A stretch of DNA of 64,000 nucleotides, taken from NCBI GenBank assembly GCA_030700155.1, contig JAUYJU010000027.1, positions 5,954 through 69,953 of the forward strand, in the 5' to 3' direction. A model generated the notes under the pieces. The model saw only the letters and a program-made list of their open reading frames with translations, searched no databases and had not been told where the DNA came from. A program made the translations under genes and the position numbers. The DNA is from Candidatus Nanoarchaeia archaeon. Its GTDB lineage: Archaea; Nanobdellota; Nanobdellia; SCGC-AAA011-G17; JAUYJU01. Each line of letters opens with the position of its first letter. Within the stretch, counting starts at the first letter, position 1. Positions 1 through 10,035 of this stretch are shown here, one piece after another.

Positions 1-419
1 AATCCACGGATATAATCCATCAATTTCTTTTCTTTCTTAAAAGTTATAGCTTCAGTCTCTATTATAGTTTCATAATATTCTATATTACGTTTTAATTTAT
101 CAGGGTCTTGTTTAATATTATGTTCTTTCAGTACTTTTCTTCTTTCATAATACTCTTTATTATATTCATTAACAAGTTCTTTAACCTTAGAATTAAGTTC
201 GTCTCTTTTTTTATAGAATTCCAGCTGTTCTTTAGAAGATTTATCTCTAACGTCTCTTACTTGCTTGGATTGTGAAATTAGGTTGGCTATTCTTCTTTTC
301 AGGTTCTCTTTTCTTTCAAACCATTCTTCTCTTTCTTTGCCAACCTGATTAAGTTTCTCTCTAAGCAAAGCTATCTCTTTATCCAAAGCTTGCAGAGAAT
401 TGCTTTGTTCTTTGAACAT
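1..419 (-). CDS. Archaeal coiled-coil protein (COG1340-like), runs off the window edge
   Basis: Manually translated from ATG 419: MFKEQSNSLQALDKEIALLREKLNQ...; heptad-rich; contains IETEAITFKKEKKL. Confidence 0.6.
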   Translation of the reverse strand, partial: MFKEQSNSLQALDKEIALLREKLNQVGKEREEWFERKENLKRRIANLISQSKQVRDVRDKSSKEQLEFYKKRDELNSKVKELVNEYNKEYYERRKVLKEHNIKQDPDKLKRNIEYYETIIETEAITFKKEKKLMDYIRG

Positions 420-438
420 TTACAATCTCAAGGCCGGA

Positions 439-741
439 TTAGCCGAATAGGGCACCTAATCCAGCAGCAGCTGCTTCGACAGCTTTATTGTCGTCTTCTT
501 TCTTCTTTTCTTCCTTCTTTTGCTCTCCGCCTGCAGGTGCTCCACCACTAGGTGCAGCAGCAACTACAGCAGCTTCTTTGATTGCAGATTCAATATCTAC
601 ATCACTCAGAGCAGCAACAAGAGCTTTAACTCTTCCGTCATCTGCTTGAGCACCAGCTGCTTCAAGAACCTTTTTAACAGATCCTTCGTCTACTTTCTTT
701 CCTGCTTTGTGTAGCAAAAGTGCTGCGTATATGTATTGCAT
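439..741 (-). CDS. rpl12: 50S ribosomal protein P1/L12
   Basis: MQYIYAALLLH start, Ala-rich hinge, GLGALFG C-terminus. Confidence 0.97.
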   Translation of the reverse strand: MQYIYAALLLHKAGKKVDEGSVKKVLEAAGAQADDGRVKALVAALSDVDIESAIKEAAVVAAAPSGGAPAGGEQKKEEKKKEDDNKAVEAAAAGLGALFG

Positions 742-762
742 TGCCTTTTGTCCTCCTAAGTT

Positions 763-1962
763 TTAAATTTCCCCTCTGCTTTTTTTATCTTTTAATTGAT
801 TGATTATATCTCCAACACTCTTATTTTGATCAGGTATAACTCTTTTCTTTGTAACTAGATTATTTACACCTGGAGTTTTTGTTAATTTTGAATCTTGGAT
901 TTTTTTCAAAACATCTTGTGCAATCTTAACTTGATCATCCAAACTAGGCTCTGATACTGGAGGTTGAGGTTTTGGTTCAGGTTCAGGTGGACTAGGTTCT
1001 GGTGGTCTTGGCTCAGGTTTAGGTTCTGGCTCTGGCGGTTTTTCTGCAACTATCTTAGCTTCAGTCTTTGGAATATCAGCTTGAGGCTGAGGTTTAGGTT
1101 CTTCTTTAACTTGTGGAGTAGATTTTTCTACTTGAGCATCTTGTTTTGATACTTCTATATTACTTACAACCACATCAGTTTCAAAGTTTACTTTTTTAGC
1201 AACACCTTTAGCAGTTATTTGTGCTTTTTGAACAACAAGTTTCAATATCTCAGGATCTGGGTGTTCAATGAAAACAGCCAAGTTCCTTGCCCAAGTGAAT
1301 GCTTTCTTAATATTATCAACATATTCTTTTTCATCAATTCCAAATACATTTTTATCCAAAACTTCTCCAGATTGATATGTAGCAACTAAGTTCAAACCAA
1401 TTTCCATTGGTTCTACACCAAATTTAGCTAATAAATCTGAAACCTCAGTAGTTATTATTTGTCCAGTTTTAACTAAAATTTTACCTTCCTTTAGATTAAT
1501 CTTTCCTTCTTTTACTTCAGTTTTCAAACCTAATTTACCTAACTCTCCAATAATTGGACCAGGTGCAAAGGGAGTTGGACCAGCGTCAACACCTAAATCA
1601 TTAGGCGCTATCTGTCCTGCTTTTGCTGCAGCACTTGATTTATTTTTACTTATTTTTTTATACAAAGAGAACGGATTATCTTTACTAAAAACCAAAGAAG
1701 GCATTCCATTCAAGTAAGGTAATAATTTCTCAACATGAGGTTTATCTTTCAGCTGCTCTATAGCCTTTATGATAAATCTTCTTTTTGTAATTTTAGTCTT
1801 CATTATATTCTTCAAAGAAGTTCTTATCTTCATGAATTGTAAAGCTGGTAAATTCTGTAGATTAATAACTCCAATAACAGGATACTCATTGAACAGTCTA
1901 ATAATATCCTTTACTTCATCCTTCTTCCACTGTTGTATTATTGGCTCAGGTTTTTTACTCAT
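763..1962 (-). CDS. rpl10: 50S ribosomal protein uL10/P0 with Pro-rich C-terminal extension
   Basis: AKAGQIAP, GPTPFAPGP, GVEPMEIGL motifs; lies between L1 and L12. Confidence 0.95.
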   Translation of the reverse strand: MSKKPEPIIQQWKKDEVKDIIRLFNEYPVIGVINLQNLPALQFMKIRTSLKNIMKTKITKRRFIIKAIEQLKDKPHVEKLLPYLNGMPSLVFSKDNPFSLYKKISKNKSSAAAKAGQIAPNDLGVDAGPTPFAPGPIIGELGKLGLKTEVKEGKINLKEGKILVKTGQIITTEVSDLLAKFGVEPMEIGLNLVATYQSGEVLDKNVFGIDEKEYVDNIKKAFTWARNLAVFIEHPDPEILKLVVQKAQITAKGVAKKVNFETDVVVSNIEVSKQDAQVEKSTPQVKEEPKPQPQADIPKTEAKIVAEKPPEPEPKPEPRPPEPSPPEPEPKPQPPVSEPSLDDQVKIAQDVLKKIQDSKLTKTPGVNNLVTKKRVIPDQNKSVGDIINQLKDKKSRGEI

Positions 1963-2612
1963 TTTTCCTTAACCTCAATTGGTTTGCTCATTGTTAATTT
2001 TACTAAAACATTTTTGATATTTTCTTTACCCTGTGGCAAGGCATTTAAAATTGAGGTATAAACTAAATTCAAATTATCAGCAATATCTTCGTCCTTCATC
2101 TTTTCTGTACCAACAGCAGTTTTTATTGTAAGTTCATTTTTAGTTTCTAGTTTTGCAATTTTTTGTAATCTTTCAACTAAGGGTTTTAAGTCTGCAGTAG
2201 GCGGAACTACACATCCTGCTTTTGGATTAGGCATTTTTCCAAGAGGACCTAGAACTTTACCGAAAGCCATTGCTACCTGTGGCATTATTGTAGCTTGAGC
2301 AATGAAAAAATCTACTTTCTTAGCTAATACTTTAGTCTTTTTCTTATCATATTCTGCAAATTCTTCTTTAACTAAAACTACATCGCAGCTAGCTTTAGCT
2401 TTTGTTGAAAGTTCTTTATCAACTAAAGCGCCAACAGAAACTTTCTTTCCTTTGTTATGTGGTAAATTTACAAAAATAGATATTTTATTATCTTCTTTTT
2501 TCAAATCTAACTGTCTAAGATTTATAACTATATCAAAAGTCTGATCAAACTTCCTTTTAGAAGCAGTTTCTCTTAATTGTTTTATTGCATTAACGAAGTG
2601 ATTTTTTTCCAT
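1959..2612 (-). CDS. rpl1: 50S ribosomal protein uL1
   Basis: KRKFDQTFD, GKVLGPLGKMP, KLTMSKP motifs. Confidence 0.97.
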   Translation of the reverse strand: MEKNHFVNAIKQLRETASKRKFDQTFDIVINLRQLDLKKEDNKISIFVNLPHNKGKKVSVGALVDKELSTKAKASCDVVLVKEEFAEYDKKKTKVLAKKVDFFIAQATIMPQVAMAFGKVLGPLGKMPNPKAGCVVPPTADLKPLVERLQKIAKLETKNELTIKTAVGTEKMKDEDIADNLNLVYTSILNALPQGKENIKNVLVKLTMSKPIEVKEK

Positions 2613-2831
2613 TAACTCCCTCCTACTTTATGTAGTACAAATGGGTATCTAAATGGTAATTATAGCCTTTATAAATTTAATGGTAAAAAAGACCTTAAGA
2701 GCCTAAGAAAAAAGGCTCCCAGGTCGAGGTGAAATGGCTACTGCCATTGGCTAGAAATCTATGAAAGACGAACATATTATTAAAGCTTTCTCAAGAAACA
2801 TAAAAACTGCATTTAAACCTACCTAGTAAGC

Positions 2832-3365
2832 CTAAAATACCAAATCTCTACCATATCTAAGCTTACAAATATAAAGGCTTTCAAAGAATATTTTCTTCTC
2901 AGAAAGCTTCTCGTAACCATAATTTTGCTCCTCTAATACCTTAAAAACATCTCCAGAAAGACTGCTGAAAACAATTAAAATAATTCCATTTTCTTTCAAA
3001 TAACTTTTAGCTTCTTTTAAAAAACGTTCAATGATCTCATGACCTTTTTTTCCACCAGTTGTAACAATTCTGCTTTCCTCATCTTCAGCTTCGTCTAATG
3101 GTAAATAAGGTGGATTAAATACAATTAAATCAAATTTCCCTTTAACCTTCTCAAATAAATCTGATTGATAAGCCTTAACTCCTTTTGATTTAACATATTC
3201 AACTGCTTCTAAATTAATATCACAAGCTTCAACATCATCAGTTTTTTCTAAAGCTGCTAAAGCTTGTAATCCAGATCCAGTTCCTACGTCAAGGACTCTT
3301 CCAGTTGCAAATTTTCTTACCTGTTCCTGTAACAAGAAAGAATCTTCTCTTGGTTCATATATCAT
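2832..3365 (-). CDS. HemK2/MTQ2-family release factor glutamine methyltransferase
   Basis: YEPREDSFLL, VLDVGTGSG, FNPPY motifs. Confidence 0.92.
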   Translation of the reverse strand: MIYEPREDSFLLQEQVRKFATGRVLDVGTGSGLQALAALEKTDDVEACDINLEAVEYVKSKGVKAYQSDLFEKVKGKFDLIVFNPPYLPLDEAEDEESRIVTTGGKKGHEIIERFLKEAKSYLKENGIILIVFSSLSGDVFKVLEEQNYGYEKLSEKKIFFESLYICKLRYGRDLVF

Positions 3366-3417
3366 GCCTCAACCCTGGAAAATAAGGCTTATAAATGTAG
3401 TGCATTATACTAAAGCT

Positions 3418-3984
3418 ATGAAAGTCATCTTAGAACATATGGAAAAAGAAGTATTCAAATGGTGTCAAATTGAATACAAACATATTTCTAAAATCATTGG
3501 AAAAGACAATTTAATTTTTACTAACATCCAAAAAAAATATAAAAATAAATTAAATAATTTAGGAGAAGTGAACACAAAAAGTGTCAAAGGCTTAAATATT
3601 AAAAGATTATGCGTTCTAGATCCTCGAGCAAAAAAAGTTCTTTCTCCAGAAGACGGTAAACTTTTTGATTATTTTGTTTTTGGAGGAATTCTTGGTTCAG
3701 AAATTATGGGCGGCAGAACTAAAAAAGAACTAAAAATTCATGGAGTAGCAAGAAGGAATCTAGGTAAAGTACAAATGCCAACAGATATAGCTGTATTGGT
3801 TACAAAAAAAATAATAAAAAATAAAATACCTTTTTCAAAACTTAAGTTTAAAGATGAGATTGAAATTCCAATAAAGAGAGGTATATCAACAATACTCCCT
3901 TACAGATATCTTATAGAAAAAGGAAAAGTAATTTTAGCTCCAGGACTTAAAGATTACCTTAGAAAAGAAGACTCATTTGACTAA
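3418..3984 (+). CDS. SPOUT-family methyltransferase (Sfm1/DUF431-like)
   Basis: ILEHME, VLDP, VFGGILG, RNLGKVQMPTD, LPYRY; start moved to MKVILEH. Confidence 0.8.
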   Translation: MKVILEHMEKEVFKWCQIEYKHISKIIGKDNLIFTNIQKKYKNKLNNLGEVNTKSVKGLNIKRLCVLDPRAKKVLSPEDGKLFDYFVFGGILGSEIMGGRTKKELKIHGVARRNLGKVQMPTDIAVLVTKKIIKNKIPFSKLKFKDEIEIPIKRGISTILPYRYLIEKGKVILAPGLKDYLRKEDSFD

Positions 3985-4905
3985 TTTATCCAAAACTTTT
4001 TTTAGGTCGTCAGGCAAGTTAGAAATAATTTCTATGTCTTTTCTGTTTTTTGGGTGTTTAAAAATTAATTTATGAGAATGCAAGAATTGTCTTCTTAATC
4101 CTAAACTCTTGAATTCATCATTTGTTTTTTCATCCCCATAAGAATCATCCCCAACGATCGGATGTCCTATTGCTGCCATATGCACCCTTATCTGATGCGT
4201 TCTTCCAGTTAATAATTCGGCCTCAATTAAGGAATAATCACCATAATTTTTAATTAAATTATATTTAGTTACAGATTCTTTACCTTCTTCAGATAACTTA
4301 ACTTTAAATTCATGTCCTAAACGTGTCTTCAGTAATTTTTCATCAACAATTCCGGATTTTACTCTGCCCTTAACTAAAGCAATATAACATTTCGTGATTT
4401 CATTATTGGCCATCTGTTTATTCAAGTGCTTCAATGATTCAAAAGTCTTACCTACAATCAAAGCTCCTGAAGTTCCCTTATCCAATCTATTAATAAACGA
4501 AGGTCTAAATGTTAAATTTTTAACAAAATTTAGATAATGTAAAACTTCATCAATCAAAGTATGGCTTTTTATTCCAGAAGCACCATGAGTAGATAATCCT
4601 GCAGGTTTATCCACAACTAAAAGGTCTTTATCTTCATACAAAATACTAAAATTAATTTTTGAAATTTTAAACTTCTTCCTTTCCTCACTGGTTAATTCTT
4701 GATATTGTTCGTCATTTAAAAATATTTTAACTTCATCATTTAACTTCAAAAAATATTCGGGTTTAACCTTTTTAGAATTTACTTTTATTTTACCTAACCT
4801 TAATAATTTATAAATTTGAGATAAAGAAGCTTTCCATAATAATTTTCTAAGAAATTTATCAGTTCTCTGTCCAGACTCATTCTTTCCTAAAATTAGTTTT
4901 TTCAT
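3973..4905 (-). CDS. RluA/RluC-family pseudouridine synthase with S4 domain
   Basis: DKPAGL, NRLDKGTSG (catalytic Asp), TGRTHQIRVH, GHPIVGD. Confidence 0.93.
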   Translation of the reverse strand: MKKLILGKNESGQRTDKFLRKLLWKASLSQIYKLLRLGKIKVNSKKVKPEYFLKLNDEVKIFLNDEQYQELTSEERKKFKISKINFSILYEDKDLLVVDKPAGLSTHGASGIKSHTLIDEVLHYLNFVKNLTFRPSFINRLDKGTSGALIVGKTFESLKHLNKQMANNEITKCYIALVKGRVKSGIVDEKLLKTRLGHEFKVKLSEEGKESVTKYNLIKNYGDYSLIEAELLTGRTHQIRVHMAAIGHPIVGDDSYGDEKTNDEFKSLGLRRQFLHSHKLIFKHPKNRKDIEIISNLPDDLKKVLDKLVK

Positions 4906-5357
4906 TTAACAGCTTTAAAATATTCTTTAACTCTAGAAACAACGCTCTTAATAAGATATTCTTCGATTTTAGAATCAAACAAGACATGCAAATCTTCAAA
5001 TTCAGTTATCCTATACTCATTTTTTATCTTTTCTGCAATAAGTAAATCTCTTAATCTTTTAAGTTGTCTTCTTATATTACTTCCGGCAACACCTTTTAAA
5101 TTAAGTTTATTTTTTTTCCTAAGGTTAATTACTTCATCTTTTACTTGTTCAGAGTTCATCATTAATTTTTTTACTTTGGCATCTAATAATGCATGTAAAA
5201 CATCAACAACAACATCTCTCGAATCACCAGGTTGTAAAAGTCCAGTAGATAGACAAAGCTTTCTTATCAAATCCCTTCTAGACATATCATAAGGTTTCTC
5301 ATAACGTCTGAAAGTAAATTCAGAGAGGGGTAAATCCCTTGAGATAGTTTTTGGCAT
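4902..5357 (-). CDS. Conserved hypothetical protein (probable winged helix)
   Basis: 151-aa ORF overlapping the RluA start; GLLQPGDSRD motif. Confidence 0.6.
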   Translation of the reverse strand: MPKTISRDLPLSEFTFRRYEKPYDMSRRDLIRKLCLSTGLLQPGDSRDVVVDVLHALLDAKVKKLMMNSEQVKDEVINLRKKNKLNLKGVAGSNIRRQLKRLRDLLIAEKIKNEYRITEFEDLHVLFDSKIEEYLIKSVVSRVKEYFKAVK

Positions 5358-5441
5358 AGCCTAAAAATATCTATCAGATTTAAAAACCTTTTGAATTTTG
5401 AACAGAAAACGTTTATATACAGTGGTAACAACGAATTTCAC

Positions 5442-6425
5442 ATGAGAAAATTAACTTTACTCTTATTAGTATTATTCCTAATAGGATGTCAAACTCAAAT
5501 AGTTCAAAATGGAGTTACAGAAGAATTTATTGAAGTTGCAAATAAAGTGATTCCTGCTGTAGTCTCAATAGATGCAGGAGAAGCAACAGGTTCGGGGTTC
5601 ATAATCAATAATGAAGGTCATATTATTACTAATTATCATGTCATAAGGAATCGTGATGATATTAGAATTTATTTGGCTGACAAAAGAATATTCTCAGCAA
5701 AAGTTATTGGTTTTGATGAAGAAACAGATGTAGCCCTAATAAAGATAGAAGGCAAAGATTTACCAATTATAGCATTTGGAGATTCTAATTTACTTATGGT
5801 AGGACAAAAAGTAGCAGCAGTCGGTAGTCCATTTGGTTTAGAATCAACAATAACTACAGGAATAATTAGTGCTAAGCATAGGACAAGAGGAAGAACAATT
5901 TACAGAGATTTTATACAAACAGATGCAAACGTCAATCCTGGGAATTCAGGAGGACCACTGGTTAACTTAAATGGCGAAGTTATTGGTATGAATACTTTCA
6001 TATTAGCACAATCAGAAGGTTTAGGATTCTCAATACCTTCAAACTTAATTAAAAAAATTGTAGAATCTTTATTAGAAAACGGAAATATAACTCGTGGTTA
6101 TCTTGGAGTACAAGCAACTAATCTAATACAGGTTAATGAAGAAGGAAATGGTAAAATATTAAGTGGAGCATTGATAAAAAGTGTACAAAAAAACGCACCA
6201 GCAGATACAGCAGGAATACTTCCTGGAGATGTTATTAAAAAAGTAGGAAATTTAGAAATTGAAAATGCAAATCAGCTTCAAAATGAAGTTGCATGGTTAG
6301 AGATAGGATCAACTATTCAGTTAACTATTGATAGACCAACTGAAAAAGAAGGATTCCAGGAAATTTTATTGAACTTAACAATTGGAACAAGACCAGATTT
6401 CAATGAGGATAATCAAGAAGAATAA
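5442..6425 (+). CDS. HtrA/DegP-family serine protease with PDZ domain, lipoprotein-like signal
   Basis: TNYHV, DVAL, GNSGGP triad; LIGC lipobox-like; start moved to MRKLTL. Confidence 0.93.
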   Translation: MRKLTLLLLVLFLIGCQTQIVQNGVTEEFIEVANKVIPAVVSIDAGEATGSGFIINNEGHIITNYHVIRNRDDIRIYLADKRIFSAKVIGFDEETDVALIKIEGKDLPIIAFGDSNLLMVGQKVAAVGSPFGLESTITTGIISAKHRTRGRTIYRDFIQTDANVNPGNSGGPLVNLNGEVIGMNTFILAQSEGLGFSIPSNLIKKIVESLLENGNITRGYLGVQATNLIQVNEEGNGKILSGALIKSVQKNAPADTAGILPGDVIKKVGNLEIENANQLQNEVAWLEIGSTIQLTIDRPTEKEGFQEILLNLTIGTRPDFNEDNQEE

Positions 6426-6457
6426 AACTTATATAGTTTCTAAATTATTTTAACTCA

Positions 6458-6814
6458 ATGACGGAGTTAGTAGCATGTTTATCAACAGGAAAGGGTACTT
6501 GGGGTCATGTTTCTAGGCTTATTCAAGAAAAACCATGGGATAAGGTAATTCTAATAACCAACGAATATGGTAAGGAAAACTTCAATAAAGATGACAAAAC
6601 AGAGTTTATTGTTATCAACGCAAATCGTGGTATAAGTGAACTAAGGGATGAAATACAAGAAAAACTAAAAGCAATCGTCAAAGGAACAGAAGTTGCAGTA
6701 AATTTTGTTTCAGGAACAGGTAAGGAACATATGGCCTTAGTATCCGCACTGTTAAGACTAGGTGTTGGAATAAGATTTATAGCTTTGACAAAAGATGGAG
6801 CCCAAGAATTATAG
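6458..6814 (+). CDS. Small Rossmann-like hypothetical protein (possibly CARF-like)
   Basis: 118 aa; LVACLSTGKGTW and VNFVSGTGKEHMAL. Confidence 0.55.
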   Translation: MTELVACLSTGKGTWGHVSRLIQEKPWDKVILITNEYGKENFNKDDKTEFIVINANRGISELRDEIQEKLKAIVKGTEVAVNFVSGTGKEHMALVSALLRLGVGIRFIALTKDGAQEL

Positions 6815-6849
6815 TAAATTATTTATAGCTAATTAACTTTTTTAATAAT

Positions 6850-7908
6850 ATGGGGATATTTAAAGATATATTATCAAATTCAGAATCTTTGTTCTTAAAT
6901 GAAGATGCATTAGACTCAGATTATACTCCCCCAATAATAAAATACAGGGAAAATCAGCAAGCATATGTAGCCAATTGCATAAAACCTCTATTGATGGGAA
7001 GAAGCGGGAAAAATCTTTTCATAAGCGGCAGTCCAGGAATAGGAAAAACAGTAGCTGTTACACATATATTAAATGAACTTAAAAATGAAACAGAAGAAAT
7101 AGAAACTATCTACATAAATTGTTGGAAAAAAGATACCGCTTACAAAGTAATGCTTGAAATTTGCAATCAAATAAATTATAGATTTACACAAAATAGGAGC
7201 ACAGATGAATTGCTTCAGTCTATAACAAAGATTCTTAACAAAAGCGGTGTTGTAATTGTTTTAGATGAAGCTGACAAACTAACAGAGAACTCAGTTATCT
7301 ATAGTTTGCTTGAAGATTTATACAAAAAAACCATAATTCTTATTGCAAACGACAAAACATGGTTATCAGATTTAGATGAAAGAATAAGATCAAGACTTAT
7401 GCCAGAAATTTTAGAGTTTAATGCTTACAATGCTGAAGAAACTTCAGGAATACTAAAACAAAGAATAGAATTTGCACTAGTACCTAATATCTTAGAAAAT
7501 GAAGCATTTGAATTAATTTCAAAAAAGACTTATGAGGCAAGAGATATAAGGTCAGGTTTATTTCTTCTAAAAGAAGCTGCTAACTCAGCAGAATCAGAAT
7601 CTTCAAAAAGAATAAGAATAGCTCACGCTAATAAAGCAGTCGAAAAACTAAATGAATTTCACATTAAAAAATCAGAAGAGTTCACAGAAGAAGAACTAAA
7701 AATTCTTGATTTTATCAAGGTTAATTCTGGAAAAGCTATGGGGGATATACATAAAGAATACGAAAAACAAAGCTCTATGCCTTATAGGACTTTTTTTAGA
7801 AAAATAAAATTATTAGAAAAAGCAAGAAGAATAAGCCTCCATAATGAAGGTATTGGAAAGGTTACTAAAGTAATTTATGGCAGTGAAAAAAAGATAAGCG
7901 ACTTCTAA
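6850..7908 (+). CDS. cdc6: Orc1/Cdc6-family AAA+ ATPase
   Basis: GSPGIGKT Walker A, YINC, IVLDEAD Walker B, RIRSRL. Confidence 0.9.
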   Translation: MGIFKDILSNSESLFLNEDALDSDYTPPIIKYRENQQAYVANCIKPLLMGRSGKNLFISGSPGIGKTVAVTHILNELKNETEEIETIYINCWKKDTAYKVMLEICNQINYRFTQNRSTDELLQSITKILNKSGVVIVLDEADKLTENSVIYSLLEDLYKKTIILIANDKTWLSDLDERIRSRLMPEILEFNAYNAEETSGILKQRIEFALVPNILENEAFELISKKTYEARDIRSGLFLLKEAANSAESESSKRIRIAHANKAVEKLNEFHIKKSEEFTEEELKILDFIKVNSGKAMGDIHKEYEKQSSMPYRTFFRKIKLLEKARRISLHNEGIGKVTKVIYGSEKKISDF

Positions 7909-7936
7909 TATATTCTATAAACTATATATTCTATCC

Positions 7937-7958
7937 GTTGCCACCTTGCCAACCGCAC
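7937..7958 (+). repeat. 22-bp dispersed repeat, copy 1 (GTTGCCACCTTGCCAACCGCAC)
   Basis: Identical to 60957-60978. Confidence 0.9.
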
Positions 7959-8006
7959 GCATAGCCTACTTAAGAAAGAACCACCTATCATATCTTAACA
8001 AAGGAG

Positions 8007-8207
8007 GTGTCAGAAATGACCAAACAAAAAAACCCACAAGAACCATTGGAGGAATTCAGTAGACGCATAAGGAATTACGATTCACTCAATTTCCTTAAAG
8101 AAAGATCTATTCTCACTCATATCATGAATGAACTTGTAAAAGTAGATCCACAAACTATAGCTGAAATAACAAGTAAACAGCTTCAAGCTCTGCCAATTAG
8201 GAGGTAA
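8007..8207 (+). CDS. Small hypothetical protein
   Basis: 66-aa ORF; a GGAGGT SD precedes the internal ATG at 8016. Confidence 0.55.
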   Translation: MSEMTKQKNPQEPLEEFSRRIRNYDSLNFLKERSILTHIMNELVKVDPQTIAEITSKQLQALPIRR

Positions 8208-8209
8208 AA

Positions 8210-8329
8210 ATGAAAACTAAGGAATATGATATTTACCACGAAAGAGAGCTAATCAATTTGCTTGAAGATGACGAGATATCCTCATCAGAAGCAGCATTCA
8301 TGGAAGGCTACAATAAAGCCTTTTTTTAA
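8210..8329 (+). CDS. Small acidic protein, 39 aa (MKTKEYDIYHERELINLLEDDEISSSEAAFMEGYNKAFF)
   Basis: Not in the ORF track; GGAGG SD upstream; manually translated. Confidence 0.65.
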   Translation: MKTKEYDIYHERELINLLEDDEISSSEAAFMEGYNKAFF

Positions 8330-8331
8330 TT

Positions 8332-8796
8332 TTATATTAATTCTATGTCTTCCACCCTAAGGTCACCGTTAGCCATGACGTGTTCTCCAACTTTGGGGTG
8401 GAAAGATTTTTTCTTGCATTCTAAAGTAAATGTAAATTTTCCAGTGTCAATATCGAACTTAATGTTTCCATTATCTAATTCGTCCTCAGCCAAAACTTCT
8501 CCAGAAACTTCTGCTTCATAGGTAGCCTCTTTCTGAATTAATTTTCGTTCAGCAGCTTCATTTATTTTGAAAGTTTTTTCATAAGGGACAAACACAATAT
8601 TACAATTAATCGACCTTGATTTATATAATAACAAATCTTTTTTACTGATTGCGCCTAATGGTTCATCCGGAAAATCAGAATCACAATTCAAGACAAATCC
8701 ATCATCAGTTTCAAGAGTAAGTTGTGCTGTGATAATCTTACCATTATCCATAGCATCAGGAGTTATATCTAAAATTTTTAATTTTTCAGTTGGCAT
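8332..8796 (-). CDS. Hypothetical acidic beta-rich protein
   Basis: 154-aa ORF. Confidence 0.6.
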   Translation of the reverse strand: MPTEKLKILDITPDAMDNGKIITAQLTLETDDGFVLNCDSDFPDEPLGAISKKDLLLYKSRSINCNIVFVPYEKTFKINEAAERKLIQKEATYEAEVSGEVLAEDELDNGNIKFDIDTGKFTFTLECKKKSFHPKVGEHVMANGDLRVEDIELI

Positions 8797-8871
8797 AGCT
8801 ATTGAACTATTCTATTATTTAAAAAGTTATCTATGGTAAACTATAAAAAACAGGCTAACAACCATTATTGT

Positions 8872-9462
8872 ATGAAAATATTAGCTTTTACAGACATTCA
8901 TGAAAATAAGATAAAGATAGATCAAATAATCAAAAAAGCAAAAGAAGTTGATCTTCTAATCTGCTGTGGAGATTTTACTTGGTTTGGAAATGATACAGAA
9001 GGTGTAATCTCAAAAATAGCTAAAACAAAAAAACCATGGATTCTTCTTTATGGTAATCATGAGAGTCCAAAAGAAGTAGAAAAAATAGCCAAGAAATATG
9101 ATAATGTTATATTTTTAGATGATGAGCTATATACTTTTGGAGATTTCCAATTTTTTGCTCATGGTGGAGGAGGATTTTCTTATAGGGATAAAGTTTTAGA
9201 GTCTAAAGTAAAAGATTTAAAGAAAAAATTAGATAAAAAGAAAAGATTAATTTTCTTAACTCATGCTCCACCATACGGAACTAAACTTGACATTATGCCA
9301 TTCCCAGGCCATGTAGGATGCCAATCAATAACTAAGGCGATACTGGAATTACAACCCATATTGTACATGTGTGGCCATATACACGAATGTGAAGGTAACA
9401 AAGATAAAATAGGAAAAACGTTAGCTTTAAATCCAGGAAGGGGAAAGGTAATTATAATATGA
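8872..9462 (+). CDS. Calcineurin-like metallophosphoesterase
   Basis: DIH, GD, GNHE, THAPP, GHIHE motifs. Confidence 0.92.
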   Translation: MKILAFTDIHENKIKIDQIIKKAKEVDLLICCGDFTWFGNDTEGVISKIAKTKKPWILLYGNHESPKEVEKIAKKYDNVIFLDDELYTFGDFQFFAHGGGGFSYRDKVLESKVKDLKKKLDKKKRLIFLTHAPPYGTKLDIMPFPGHVGCQSITKAILELQPILYMCGHIHECEGNKDKIGKTLALNPGRGKVIII

Positions 9463-9989
9463 CAGAAATTGAAAAAATAATAAATGAAGAAATTAAATTT
9501 GCTGAAGAAGATTTAAAGAAACAAAGGAAAGAATATGATACTAAACAATTACTATTACATCGCGGAGCTTTGCTTAATTTAAGAAATCCTTTAGACTTAA
9601 TTATTTCTACACTTGATGAAATAGATAGTTTCACTGAAAAGGGAATAGTTGTTTTAAATGAAGATTATGTAATAAAGGGTATGACAAGAACTGCAAGCAG
9701 AATTCTAGGTTATAGGCAAAAACATGGAAATCCTCCTTGTTTTGGAAAATTGTATACAGAATTACTTTACAAAGAAGATATTAGCGAATTTGAAAAAAGG
9801 GTAAGAGAAAGAGCAACTAGAATAAAAAGCAATTCAGATTTTGAGGAATATTTTATACAAAAAATAGTTGTTCCGCATAGGGATGGAAGCAGAGTCCATA
9901 TAAAAAGTAGGGTACTTGCTTACAAAGAAACAAGGATAAGGAGTTTATACGGTATAATCTTAGGTTGGAATAAAATAAAAATACGTTAA
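9459..9989 (+). CDS. PAS-domain-like protein
   Basis: GIVVLN...ASRILGY and HRDGSRVHI resemble PAS/PAC motifs. Confidence 0.55.
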   Translation: MTEIEKIINEEIKFAEEDLKKQRKEYDTKQLLLHRGALLNLRNPLDLIISTLDEIDSFTEKGIVVLNEDYVIKGMTRTASRILGYRQKHGNPPCFGKLYTELLYKEDISEFEKRVRERATRIKSNSDFEEYFIQKIVVPHRDGSRVHIKSRVLAYKETRIRSLYGIILGWNKIKIR

Positions 9990-10035
9990 TTAAAATAAAA
10001 AAGAAAGAACCTCTTTTTAGAAGTTCTCAAGAGAA

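Noticed and set aside
7905-7960. Replication origin next to cdc6
   Set aside because: There is only a short TATATTCTAT duplication; no recognisable ORB consensus with G-string, and the spacer is small.
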